Source: Giardia intestinalis (Eukaryota). From it: a stretch of DNA of 64,000 nt. The stretch lies in NCBI GenBank assembly GCA_000002435.2, contig CM018789.1; one strand, written 5' to 3'. This document shows, in pieces, positions 19,944 to 28,716 of the stretch. Under the pieces are notes generated by a model. That model saw nothing but the letters and a program-made list of their open reading frames with translations, had not been told where the DNA came from and ran no database searches. The position numbers and the translations under genes were made by a program. The number at the start of each line of letters is the position of its first letter. Position 1 is the first letter of the stretch.

Positions 19944-21455
19944 ATGCTGATTTCTATAGTGCTCTCCATAGCATCAGCATGCAGCATGGAAACGCCTTTC
20001 ACTGAGGAGCCCAGTCATGGGATGGGTGTACGCTTCACTCAGCGTGGATTGGAAAAATTTTGCCAGAAAGGTTATGCCCTTATTCCTGATATCATCTCTG
20101 CAATGCCTTCACTTCAGGTCCCAGAAGTAACTGTTGGACCTCTCAAGTTTACTTTGTCAAATGTCAAACCTCGCGCAGCGCGCGTCTCGACTATGAAGGT
20201 TCATTTGCAGGACAACAACTTTGTCAAGATGGAGGCCCGGGACGGACTCATGCAGATCTCGATGCGGCTCAAGGCAGTCATCACCGGGATCACCGGGACC
20301 GTCGACTGCATCTTCACCCTCAAGGATTTCGGGGCAGACATCTCCCTGAGGCTCGGGGATGACTCCACCTGTCCCTACCACTTTGGGCTCTCCGAGATAT
20401 CAAATGTCGTGTACTCGTCTGGGTTTGACATCGATGCCATCGGACTTGACACGGGGGGATCTGTCCTTGCAACTGCCATCCAGGGCATGGCGCCCACGTT
20501 GGAGGATTTGATGAAGAACACTGTGCTGCAGTCCCTCCTGGACACAATCTTCAATTCAGTAAAACAGTCAATGCTTAACCTGCTCACAGTTGTCCAGATC
20601 GACGACTATCTGACTGACCAGCGCTACATCAACGGCATCAATGTCGTCGATAACAAGATAGTGGCAGACCAGGGTGGCTTTTCAATGATCATCACTGTCC
20701 CAGATTGGTCGGTTAGAGCTCTCTATCCAAACAAGATCACCTCTCCCCCTCCGAAGACGGTCTACACCGACCGAGACTATGAGTTCTATGTAGACAGGGA
20801 ATCAGTTAACTCCTACCTGTATGCCTGGCATGTGGCGTATGACAAGTTCAAGGCAGATAGTCTCACTGTCCCGTACAGCACCATCAGGGGGCAGAACATA
20901 CCCGGCCTTGCAGAGGCCCTTGTGAAGGCCGGACTACTAAGCACTGTTAACGACCTTGGACTCGGAGTCACTCTGACTCTATCGATCAGTCCCTCCAAGG
21001 ATGCCGCACCCCACATACCGTGGATCGGGGCGGCTGCGCTACCGGTCAACCTCACGGGGGCACTTTCTGTAACGGCCAGTAAGGCTTCCACCTCTGCTTC
21101 TAAACTGTTGGTTAGTGCAGAAGGCAATGTGCTCTTTGTTTCTGCGCTTAAGCTTAGAAAGTTCGTTTATGGGTTTGGTCTTGACCAAGTCTATGCACAT
21201 ATAGAGTTTCTTGATGTGTACGAAATTGCTATCATCAAGAATAACGTTGGATCTATACATGACTTCATCCCTCTGTTAAAATTTCTGCTTCTAAATAAGT
21301 ACCTCCCATTTGCCAATCCAATCCTCACTGAAACAGGGATATGGCGTATGAATGGGAACTTTATTAGTTATGATGCCATCAGTACCATTTATTTATGCAA
21401 CGAAGATAGAGTGCTTTTTGCTACTGATGTAGAAAAGAACCAATACTTCGCTTGA
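19944..21455 (+). CDS. Secreted BPI/LBP-fold-like (TULIP superfamily) lipid-binding protein candidate
   Basis: Signal-peptide-like N-terminus MLISIVLSIASACS. The N-terminal region is collinear with the BPI N-terminal domain: GVRFTQRGLEKF vs VVVRISQKGLDYA, and LKFTLSNVK vs LKFSISNANIK. ATG 19944 is preceded by an in-frame TAA. AGTAAAT heptamer about 105 nt after the stop. Sits in a ~35% GC island. Confidence 0.5.
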   Translation: MLISIVLSIASACSMETPFTEEPSHGMGVRFTQRGLEKFCQKGYALIPDIISAMPSLQVPEVTVGPLKFTLSNVKPRAARVSTMKVHLQDNNFVKMEARDGLMQISMRLKAVITGITGTVDCIFTLKDFGADISLRLGDDSTCPYHFGLSEISNVVYSSGFDIDAIGLDTGGSVLATAIQGMAPTLEDLMKNTVLQSLLDTIFNSVKQSMLNLLTVVQIDDYLTDQRYINGINVVDNKIVADQGGFSMIITVPDWSVRALYPNKITSPPPKTVYTDRDYEFYVDRESVNSYLYAWHVAYDKFKADSLTVPYSTIRGQNIPGLAEALVKAGLLSTVNDLGLGVTLTLSISPSKDAAPHIPWIGAAALPVNLTGALSVTASKASTSASKLLVSAEGNVLFVSALKLRKFVYGFGLDQVYAHIEFLDVYEIAIIKNNVGSIHDFIPLLKFLLLNKYLPFANPILTETGIWRMNGNFISYDAISTIYLCNEDRVLFATDVEKNQYFA

Positions 21456-22026
21456 ACGTTCATTCTACGACTTATTAGTATGCACATGGGTTGATATCAT
21501 GTCACTCGAGTAACTTTACTTGGCGAACAATCTGCTACCTTTAGTCACAACATAGAATAGTAAATGTTAGTATCTCTCAATCCAGATGTAATTTGTAGCA
21601 ACAGTATTTAAAGATCAGTGATGCGTTATCCAACTTTGTAATTGAATGCAGAGCAACCCTGTTGTTCAAATAACAAGTGTAAAGTTAGTCTGAAAAACAG
21701 ATGCAAGTTCTTTTAATAAAGTATTTGCTTTCACTACTCATCGTTCAACTAGTGTCTTAACAACAGAAGCAGTTTTTTAGTTAGATATCTTTATTGAATA
21801 CTATTTAAATTCTAAAATCCTTTTAGCATCGATAAGATAAGGGCGAGACCGTGCTAAGATATGTAGTCTTTATTTTGTATAGTGAGTAATCCGCCGCAAT
21901 CAGCTATTTCTTCGTTGAGTGCAGCAGAATCTATCTGATAACAAAGCAAACAAACACCTTTATACAGTAAGACTACAGCGGCAGCGCAAACAGCACACCG
22001 TGACCAGAGCCCCGCCGGCGCGGCGC

Positions 22027-22518
22027 ATGCGCCACTGCTTCCTGGGGTTTCATCTGGGGAGGCCCGAAATCGGACGAGTAAGACAGAACCTCGCTAAAGC
22101 GGCACGTGGCTGCATAGAGTACGCGCCTGCAAAGTCCTGGGCCAAGTCCCACGCTGAGGCTATCCTTGACGCTACAGGACGCCACTCGGCTTGTTCAGGT
22201 CTTCTATGCGGAGATATATGGACCGCGATCCTTAGGAAGCAGGCCTTCTATTATTGCCCATGGAGCGAAGCTTCTCAGGAACTCCTACTTATTCTAGAAG
22301 AAGAGGGCTGGCGGAGCTACACGACGTATGGCTCGCGGATCTCGAGGGCTCACGTGCCAGTTCGCCGTGACCCGCAAGACTGCGGTCGTTGCGCAACCTT
22401 AGCTCCAGATCGACCTGTAGAACCAGCTTTGCAAGGGCTTAGGGGCTGCGCTGTCTGGCCACCTACCTATCTTGTAGTGAACCCTGTTATCCTGATACAG
22501 CAGCTCATTTCTACTTAG
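22027..22518 (+). other. 164-codon ORF inside IR-R (copy of 18548-19040); doubtful as protein-coding
   Basis: Predicted protein identical to the left-arm ORF. The track start at 21919 is a GTG. Confidence 0.2.
22060..22470 (+). ncRNA. Candidate RNase P/MRP-like RNA (right copy) - speculative
   Basis: GCAAAGUCCUGGGCC at 22128-22142 resembles CR-I (GGAAAGUCCGGGC). CAAGGGCUUAGG at 22432-22443 resembles CR-V (...GGCUUA). The two are about 300 nt apart and can pair as a 7-bp P4 helix, AAGUCCU with AGGGCUU (one G-U). Same strand as tRNA-Leu 0.5 kb downstream. The coding quality of the region is poor. Confidence 0.2.
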
Positions 22519-23004
22519 TAGGGCTTGGCACCAAAAGGCTGATGATCGCACAAGCCTCGGCATACAGTCCACTTCCGCAGTAAAAGAACTCGTGCATGTC
22601 CACGCTCAATTCTTGCACGGTTCTTGTGCTGCTAGCATATCCCTGGGGACCGTGGTTCCTCCCGCTGCCTAACGGCCGGATCGGCGCGTTATTGCGGCCT
22701 TTGGTGAAAACGCTAGCAACGGCTCTGGCCAGCGTTCGGTAGAGGTAACTACCTCACAACCACCCTTGTTTTACGACATGAAACTCTGTGTTTCTTTCGC
22801 CAGCACAGCGCTCAGCTAGGAGTCCAGTCCGCTTCGACGAGCAAACCGTGTGTCGCACGCTAGCCAGCCCTATGCTGCTTGTAAGTGAAGTATGCGACTC
22901 CTACGCGCGCATCCTCTGTGGCGGGCGATGCAGTCTAACATTGATTTGTGGAACCAATACCAAAGACCCTTGAAAACGGGTCTATCATGGACTGCCGCTG
23001 GCGC

Positions 23005-23087
23005 GCAACTTTGGCCGAGTGGTTAAGGCGTTACGTTAAGGCCGTAATGGGAGTCATCCCGCGTGGGTTCGAGCCCCACAGGTTGCA
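23005..23087 (+). tRNA. tRNA-Leu(AAG): tRNA-Leu (anticodon AAG), identical second copy
   Basis: Same hand-folded cloverleaf as 17979-18061. Anticodon AAG at 23038-23040. Confidence 0.85.
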
Positions 23088-23519
23088 CGTTTCCGACCCA
23101 ATGACCAAGCCGGTCGGCTGCGGGGGCCTCGACGACCCCGCCGCGTTTGTCCGCGGGCTCGCCGCCCCCGAGGACCTGACCCGCGGGCTGCGCCGTCTGG
23201 GCCGCGTCCTGGAGGGCGGGCCGCCCCCCGCTTGCGCGAGTGTCCGCGCGTGCCCCTCCCTCCTCGCCGCCCTGGACCAGGCCTTCTACTGCTCTGCCTG
23301 CGTGGTGGGTGTCCCCAGGCAACTGTCCTCCCCGTCTCCGTCGCTGACACTGCCTGCCCCTCTCTGCGCTACGATCCGGCCTCCTCCCTCCTCTATGTCC
23401 TGGCCCCCACGACTGATGTAGGAGTCGTTCTGTGCTGCGTCTGCTTCCAGGAGCCCGCAACTCTGGACCCGGCGCTACGGGGGTTCGAGTGGTTCACTCA
23501 GACCGGCACGGAGTTTTAC

Positions 23520-24038
23520 ATGTCCCGGGTTGTTGTCTCGAGTCCCGAGGAGCATCTCTCGTACCGCTGCAAAGAGGGTCCTGAGCTTGCAGAGGCGCAG
23601 GTCGGGGCCGTCTGCATGTGTGGCACCTCGGCTGTCGTCGCCGTGTCGGCCGTTTCCGAGACCGGCGAGCGCTCCGATCTGCCGGTCCTCCTGGTCGTCT
23701 CCGGCCTGCTGTCGCATCTCTCGTTCTCCACGATAGAACTCGATGACTTCGGGGCCCAGAACCTACCCCCGGAGTCAGAGTCGTTCCGCATCTTCTCTCT
23801 GTCCCCATCCTCGGCTGCCCCGGGAAGCCTCTGTCTGGCCTTCTGCAAGGGAAGCCTCCTCCACTTCCACAGGATGCCCGTGGAGAGCGGCACAGACAGC
23901 CCCCGCTCTGTCGGCACATGCGAGCTGGCCCCTTCGACACACACGTTCTGCGCCCTGTACGAGACAGAAGGGGCCCTGCGGTGCGTCTTCACGGCCGTGG
24001 ATGGAGCGCGCCTGTTCCTCTGCATGGCGAGTACGTAG
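23520..24038 (+). pseudogene. Truncated, diverged paralog of the 16607-17656 gene (probable pseudogene)
   Basis: The translation aligns with the left-flank protein: LPVLLVVSGLLSHLSFSTIELDDFGAQ vs ALLVVERLVTSHACFCDVSDLPIDQ, and ALYETEGALRCVFTAV vs KEYTEAGCMGVCIFLL. It is about half the length and stops 110 codons early. The 420 bp that follow are GC-rich and lack an ORF. The DNA just outside the IR boundary shows indel-laden homology. Confidence 0.4.
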
Positions 24039-24434
24039 GTGAGTTCCGGCCGTCGCGCTGGGGTCGGGGGGAGGTCGCAGAAGGACCAGGAGGGGAGGCA
24101 GAGGAAGCACAAGGCACGGGTCAGCGATGCGTAGGGCTGTCCTTCCGCTGCCCAGTGCATACAAGGGTGCGCACAGCCACGACCGTCGCGCAGACGAGCC
24201 AATGGCAGGAGCGGGCCCGCACCTCTTCCTGCGCCGTGGAGTCTGAGGATCCGAGCTGGGGTCCCGGGGATGACACACAGGGGCACAGACACGCAGGCGC
24301 ACCTCTTCAGTGCCCCACAAACGGATGCTCTCGTGCAGAGGCCACGGGAGTCTATGAATGAGGCCCACGAGAGCCCAGAGATCGGGCACCCACTGCTCAC
24401 CCACGCCAGAGCACCGCCCACATGTCCATACAGC

Positions 24435-24449
24435 ATTTACTACCTAAGT
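24435..24449 (-). promoter_or_regulatory. VSP-type extended polyadenylation signal ACTTAGGTAGTAAAT (contains AGTAAAT)
   Basis: Reverse complement of 24435-24449, 10-24 nt after the VSP TAA (24459-24461). Matches ACTYAGRTAGTRAAY at every position. Confidence 0.7.
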
Positions 24450-24458
24450 GGATGCCAC

Positions 24459-26357
24459 TTACGCCTTCCCGCGGCAGATGAACCACCAGCAAAGGAAGCC
24501 CACGAGGCCTCCGACGACGACGATGACAGCAACAGAGATGCCGGCTATGGCCCCAGTGGAGAGACCACTCTTGTTTGTACTACCACCGGCGTTGTTATCG
24601 TTACCACCATCGTTAGTGCCATCTGTCTTGACGTAGCAGGTGACAGGACCACTATTACCAGTTGGAGGGGCACAGCTTATACAATTTGGGACACCAACAA
24701 TATGGCTACCATCATTGGGATCATTGGTGTCGCACTTCACACATTTTGCTCCGGCAAGATAGTATCCCGGAAGGCACGTTTTGCATGCCTCCTTGTTTGC
24801 TACCTCACATGTTTTACAACCAGATGCACATGCTGGACAAGATCCAGTGCTAGCTTCTGGTTGTTGTCCATTAGCACAATTCGTACATTTTCCATTCTGA
24901 GCATTGCTACATAGGTTGCTGCCTGGGTATGCAGCCGACTGATAGCATCCGCCAGATTGCAAGAAGTATGTGGTTGTACACGCTTTGCATGTTCCATCAT
25001 TGTTATCATTTGGCGTGCATCCAGTTACTGCCCTTGTCGTTGTCGACACACAGACGCCGTCCACTGGGACGTATCCGGCCTTGCACTTGCTGCAGTACTT
25101 CGAGCCCCCAACGACGGCCGTGCACTGGCCAGCCTCGCAGTTCTCTGCGTACCTTCCCGTGCACTCTGGGATGCATGTGCCGGTGGCTCCAGTATTGCTT
25201 TTACTCAATACAAGCCCAGGATAACAAGCTGTACAGGAGGCTTCACTATCACCATCACATTCTGCACAAGAATTATGGCAATTAGTACATATCCCGCTGA
25301 CATCACGAGTTCCTGCAGGACAGCCCTCCATACACATGTTCTTTAAGGGGTTTAGGCTTTTACCTCCAGTACACTCTTCACACATATTCTCTTCATTACA
25401 CTTTATACAATCCTGTATATCACATAGTACACACTTCGTTCCGTCGGCGTTGGGTTGATTAGTACCTGCTATACAAGCAGAGCACGTGATGAGAATTGTA
25501 CCTTCAGGATTATCCTTCAGAGCACACGTTTTGCAGTCTGCTATCCCTTCTGAGCATTTCTTACACATTTTTCCATTAGTAGGATCGTCAGCATCATCAG
25601 TGAAGTGGGAGTTATCATTACATCCACTTTTATCAATACATGTATTAGAGTCCTCGGTTTCGCCCTTTTTTAGATATGGCTTGTTAGCGGTTGCCTTGCA
25701 CTTCGTGCATTTTCCTGCTCCACCATCGCATTTAGCACAGTTATCCCTATCAGTACACGCTGTACACGTACTTCCAGCATTACCAAGATTTGTACCGAAA
25801 AATCCCTCTAGACACGTTTTGCATATAGCAACATCTGAGCTAGGAGGATCACATGTCGCACAGCCCTCCAAGCCTTTCTTGCCTCCAACTCCAGTTGCAT
25901 CATTGCATGCAATACAAGAGTCCTTATTGTTAGCTGCACTTGGGTTTTTAAAATAGCCAACTACGCAACCCTCACAAACGCCAGGAGTTGTTGATGACAC
26001 ACGACTAGCAGCTGCGGCATCAGCGCAAATAAAGCGTCCAACGTCCCCGCCAATTGCATAGCATCCGTTCTTATGGAGGAAGTATCCTTGAGCGCATTGG
26101 GTGCACGTTCCGTCAGCTGCTCGGGCTTTGAGCTGGCATCCACTGGCGCCTGCCTCTGCCTTACACCCTCCATCAACGAGGTACTCGTCAGTCTTAGCGC
26201 ACTGCGAGCAATACTTCTTGCCGTTGATCCACACGTCGCATTTGCTTGTCAAGCACTTTCCTGCTTGGCCTTCCCCTGCCTCCGTGCACGTCTCTGCCTC
26301 CGGCGCTGCCCAAGCCAATTGCAAAACAAATCCCGCAACGATCAATCTACAGAACAT
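24459..26357 (-). CDS. VSP: Variant-specific surface protein (VSP)
   Basis: Signal peptide MFCRLIVAGFVLQLAWA. About 12% Cys with many CXXC motifs. GGCY motif (LQSGGCYQS). C-terminal TM helix, then the invariant CRGKA terminus. Extended poly(A) signal follows the stop. Confidence 0.93.
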   Translation of the reverse strand: MFCRLIVAGFVLQLAWAAPEAETCTEAGEGQAGKCLTSKCDVWINGKKYCSQCAKTDEYLVDGGCKAEAGASGCQLKARAADGTCTQCAQGYFLHKNGCYAIGGDVGRFICADAAAASRVSSTTPGVCEGCVVGYFKNPSAANNKDSCIACNDATGVGGKKGLEGCATCDPPSSDVAICKTCLEGFFGTNLGNAGSTCTACTDRDNCAKCDGGAGKCTKCKATANKPYLKKGETEDSNTCIDKSGCNDNSHFTDDADDPTNGKMCKKCSEGIADCKTCALKDNPEGTILITCSACIAGTNQPNADGTKCVLCDIQDCIKCNEENMCEECTGGKSLNPLKNMCMEGCPAGTRDVSGICTNCHNSCAECDGDSEASCTACYPGLVLSKSNTGATGTCIPECTGRYAENCEAGQCTAVVGGSKYCSKCKAGYVPVDGVCVSTTTRAVTGCTPNDNNDGTCKACTTTYFLQSGGCYQSAAYPGSNLCSNAQNGKCTNCANGQQPEASTGSCPACASGCKTCEVANKEACKTCLPGYYLAGAKCVKCDTNDPNDGSHIVGVPNCISCAPPTGNSGPVTCYVKTDGTNDGGNDNNAGGSTNKSGLSTGAIAGISVAVIVVVGGLVGFLCWWFICRGKA

Positions 26358-26782
26358 TAAGATTGCAGATATGTTACATGTAATCTATCAAAGATTGACA
26401 TGGGCTAACATACGATCGGATACTACGATTGTCTTGTTGGAAGTATACACTGGGCGCCTTCTCAACACAGTGTTCTCTGTAAATAGTCTATGCGCAAACT
26501 CTAGCCCCCACCAGATTCGTAACGCCAATCCTCAAACACTTCGTTTGCAACGAAGCAGCTAGTGCACATCTATCAACATGCAAAGCCATTCCTACTTTAA
26601 AAGGAACCTTTCTCTCACGTTAGGCCTGCTATGGCACGAGGCTTCCGACTGTCTCAATTTCCAGAGAGCCTAAGAATAGCGCCTTCCATACAGTAGCTCT
26701 CATTTTAGCGAAGGTATAACTATGATCCTGAAGGATCGTCTGAATACTCGTTGGAGCAAAAAATTTTAAATCTCGAGAGTCA

Positions 26783-28687
26783 ATGGACTTTGATCAGGCA
26801 CAACAGATACCGTCAGCAGTGGGGCCTGTTGGCATTCTGTCAGTCGAGCAGTACACAAGCCTCATTGAGTCTTATACATCAGTCTTAAACCCCCATGACG
26901 GAACACTTGTGTCAACGTGTCCGTCCATTAAAGTCCTTTCTCTACGGATCGAGGATACGAAGGTTCCAAACCCAAGGCTTTATTTCTGCATAGACAGCGA
27001 TGTGGAGGGCGTTCGCCAGACGACACTGGCTTTGCATTTAGAAACGCTGCAGAACCTCTGGAGGGCATTAAAAACGGTCTTCCACAAGACAATGGTGGCC
27101 GTACCGATTCTTCCACCCGAGATATCATCGAAGTCCTACTTAAGCTCTCGGTTTATGCGGGGCATTGTCCTTTACCTCGCAGCTCTCCTTCGGCGCTTAC
27201 TATCGCACTCTATCATCAAGCGCCACGAAGTAATGGTGCAGCTATTCACCCGCCACGAAAGCGATGTCTTGCCGATGCTCCAGAAGCTTGCAAATCCAGA
27301 TTTTACACAAGGGCATGCACCAGGGGACGACATCATTAGAAATATAGTAAGTCGGGCACACGGGCATCTCCATAGTAATTTGCACGAGTCTGGCTTAATG
27401 CTTGCCCTCAATCTATCATTACTCTACAACTTTTCCTTGGACGACGCCGCGTTCCTCAAGACAGCCTACTACGGACCCAATTTTGCAAAGCTGATAACAG
27501 ACCGCACAATCACCAAGAGCGCTCTAGCAACCTTTAGAGGGAAAACACGGATTAATGCTGCGTATCTTCAGTCTATTGACCAAGTCTTAGATATGCCAAG
27601 GGGCCAATTCCTCAATACGTTTCTTTATGGACTAATTGATCTAGAGGATTTTCTGTCGCCGAATTTCGGTAAAAAGATCCGCGGGATTTTCCTCAAGCGT
27701 CATCTTATCATAGAGGAGAACCTCAAATCAGCTTATGACAGCGTCAAGCGTCTCTCTGCTTCGGTTGCCGAAATAATAACTGCTGAAACAAGTATTTCAT
27801 CCTCAATGTCAGGACTTGCAGATTCTCTTACCTTTTTATTTGTGTCAGAGACGAAATTTGATGGCGTCCTGGCCGGCCCCGCAACAAACTCAGTGGCGGC
27901 ATGTGTCAATCCACCAACCCAGTCAGACTTCCTCCATACTCAGATAGCTAACCAGTTGCGTGCAGACGTCTATCCACGCTTGGCTGCTTCGTTGGATATC
28001 ATCTCTGCAATGGCTAAGATGGCTACAATGCGCTATGACTACATAATAGTTGGAGAATTTCTCGCTTCTATCCTGAAAAAGAAGGCCAGCGATATTATTT
28101 ACCTAAAGGTCCAGCAGGAGACTATCGGCGATGTTGTACTAATTAACAAAGATGCTGTAAAGAGACAAATAGATGCCATACGCGCATCCGATCTGCATAC
28201 CTTTTCATATGGGATATATAAAGACACCGAAAGAGAGTCTCCCCTGTCCTTGAGTCTTGCTTATGAAAGTGACAAGTCAGAGCTAGAGGGTATTTTAAAT
28301 GCAATAGACGATGAAGCAACGGTTTCCTTTAACAGCTTATGCTCGAGGCTGTCCTTGTCTAGAGCCCAAATAGACTTGTTAGATTCTTTCAGACGCGTTC
28401 ATGCAGCATTTATTGAGCATATCATGTATTCAATTGTTATGGAGTCAAGATTCGTGTATGAGTATCTCTTTTACAAGTGTATGGTATCAGAGTTAATCGT
28501 GCACTCTATGGGCCGCTTATCAGCGATTTTCGGCAGAACGATCCATTTAGAGTCTAACCTGTGGGAGTATTCCGATGAATGGATCAGAAAGACTCGCGGG
28601 CAAGAGACACCATGGCACAAGATAAATGAACTAGACAACGAGCGCTACGAGTTGGAGGTTGACCTGCACAAAGAGCAGGGTCAGTGA
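26783..28687 (+). CDS. Hypothetical protein
   Basis: 634-codon ORF. ATG 26783 follows an A/T-rich tract (aaaaaattttaaatctcgagagtcaATG). No domain recognised. Confidence 0.55.
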   Translation: MDFDQAQQIPSAVGPVGILSVEQYTSLIESYTSVLNPHDGTLVSTCPSIKVLSLRIEDTKVPNPRLYFCIDSDVEGVRQTTLALHLETLQNLWRALKTVFHKTMVAVPILPPEISSKSYLSSRFMRGIVLYLAALLRRLLSHSIIKRHEVMVQLFTRHESDVLPMLQKLANPDFTQGHAPGDDIIRNIVSRAHGHLHSNLHESGLMLALNLSLLYNFSLDDAAFLKTAYYGPNFAKLITDRTITKSALATFRGKTRINAAYLQSIDQVLDMPRGQFLNTFLYGLIDLEDFLSPNFGKKIRGIFLKRHLIIEENLKSAYDSVKRLSASVAEIITAETSISSSMSGLADSLTFLFVSETKFDGVLAGPATNSVAACVNPPTQSDFLHTQIANQLRADVYPRLAASLDIISAMAKMATMRYDYIIVGEFLASILKKKASDIIYLKVQQETIGDVVLINKDAVKRQIDAIRASDLHTFSYGIYKDTERESPLSLSLAYESDKSELEGILNAIDDEATVSFNSLCSRLSLSRAQIDLLDSFRRVHAAFIEHIMYSIVMESRFVYEYLFYKCMVSELIVHSMGRLSAIFGRTIHLESNLWEYSDEWIRKTRGQETPWHKINELDNERYELEVDLHKEQGQ

Positions 28688-28716
28688 TCTCCGCCAGTGA
28701 TCTCTAGCACTTCCTG

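Larger units (their letters stand above)
21990..23286. repeat. Right arm of perfect 1297-bp inverted repeat (IR-R)
   Basis: Reverse complement of 17780-19076. The stretches I compared by eye (tRNA, the 61-aa and 164-aa ORFs, the 113-codon prefix) matched exactly. Confidence 0.85.

Noticed and set aside
24030-24282. Possible intron (GTACGT/GTGAGT at 24033-24044 and Giardia-like 3' motif GATGACACACAG at 24271-24282) that would extend the truncated paralog
   Set aside because: The downstream 'exon' would run antisense into the VSP gene. The branch/3' motif differs from ACTRACACACAG at its first positions. Decay of the paralog explains the premature stop more simply.
23054-24436. Arg-rich minus-strand ORFs (98-306 codons) across the GC-rich region right of the repeat
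   Set aside because: Arg/Gly/Pro-dominated translations typical of the non-coding strand of GC-rich DNA. The + strand carries the recognisable homology to the left-flank gene.
24270-24914. 214-codon + strand ORF
   Set aside because: It runs antisense through the 3' end of the VSP gene. The Cys codon bias of the VSP keeps the opposite strand open. There is no independent support.
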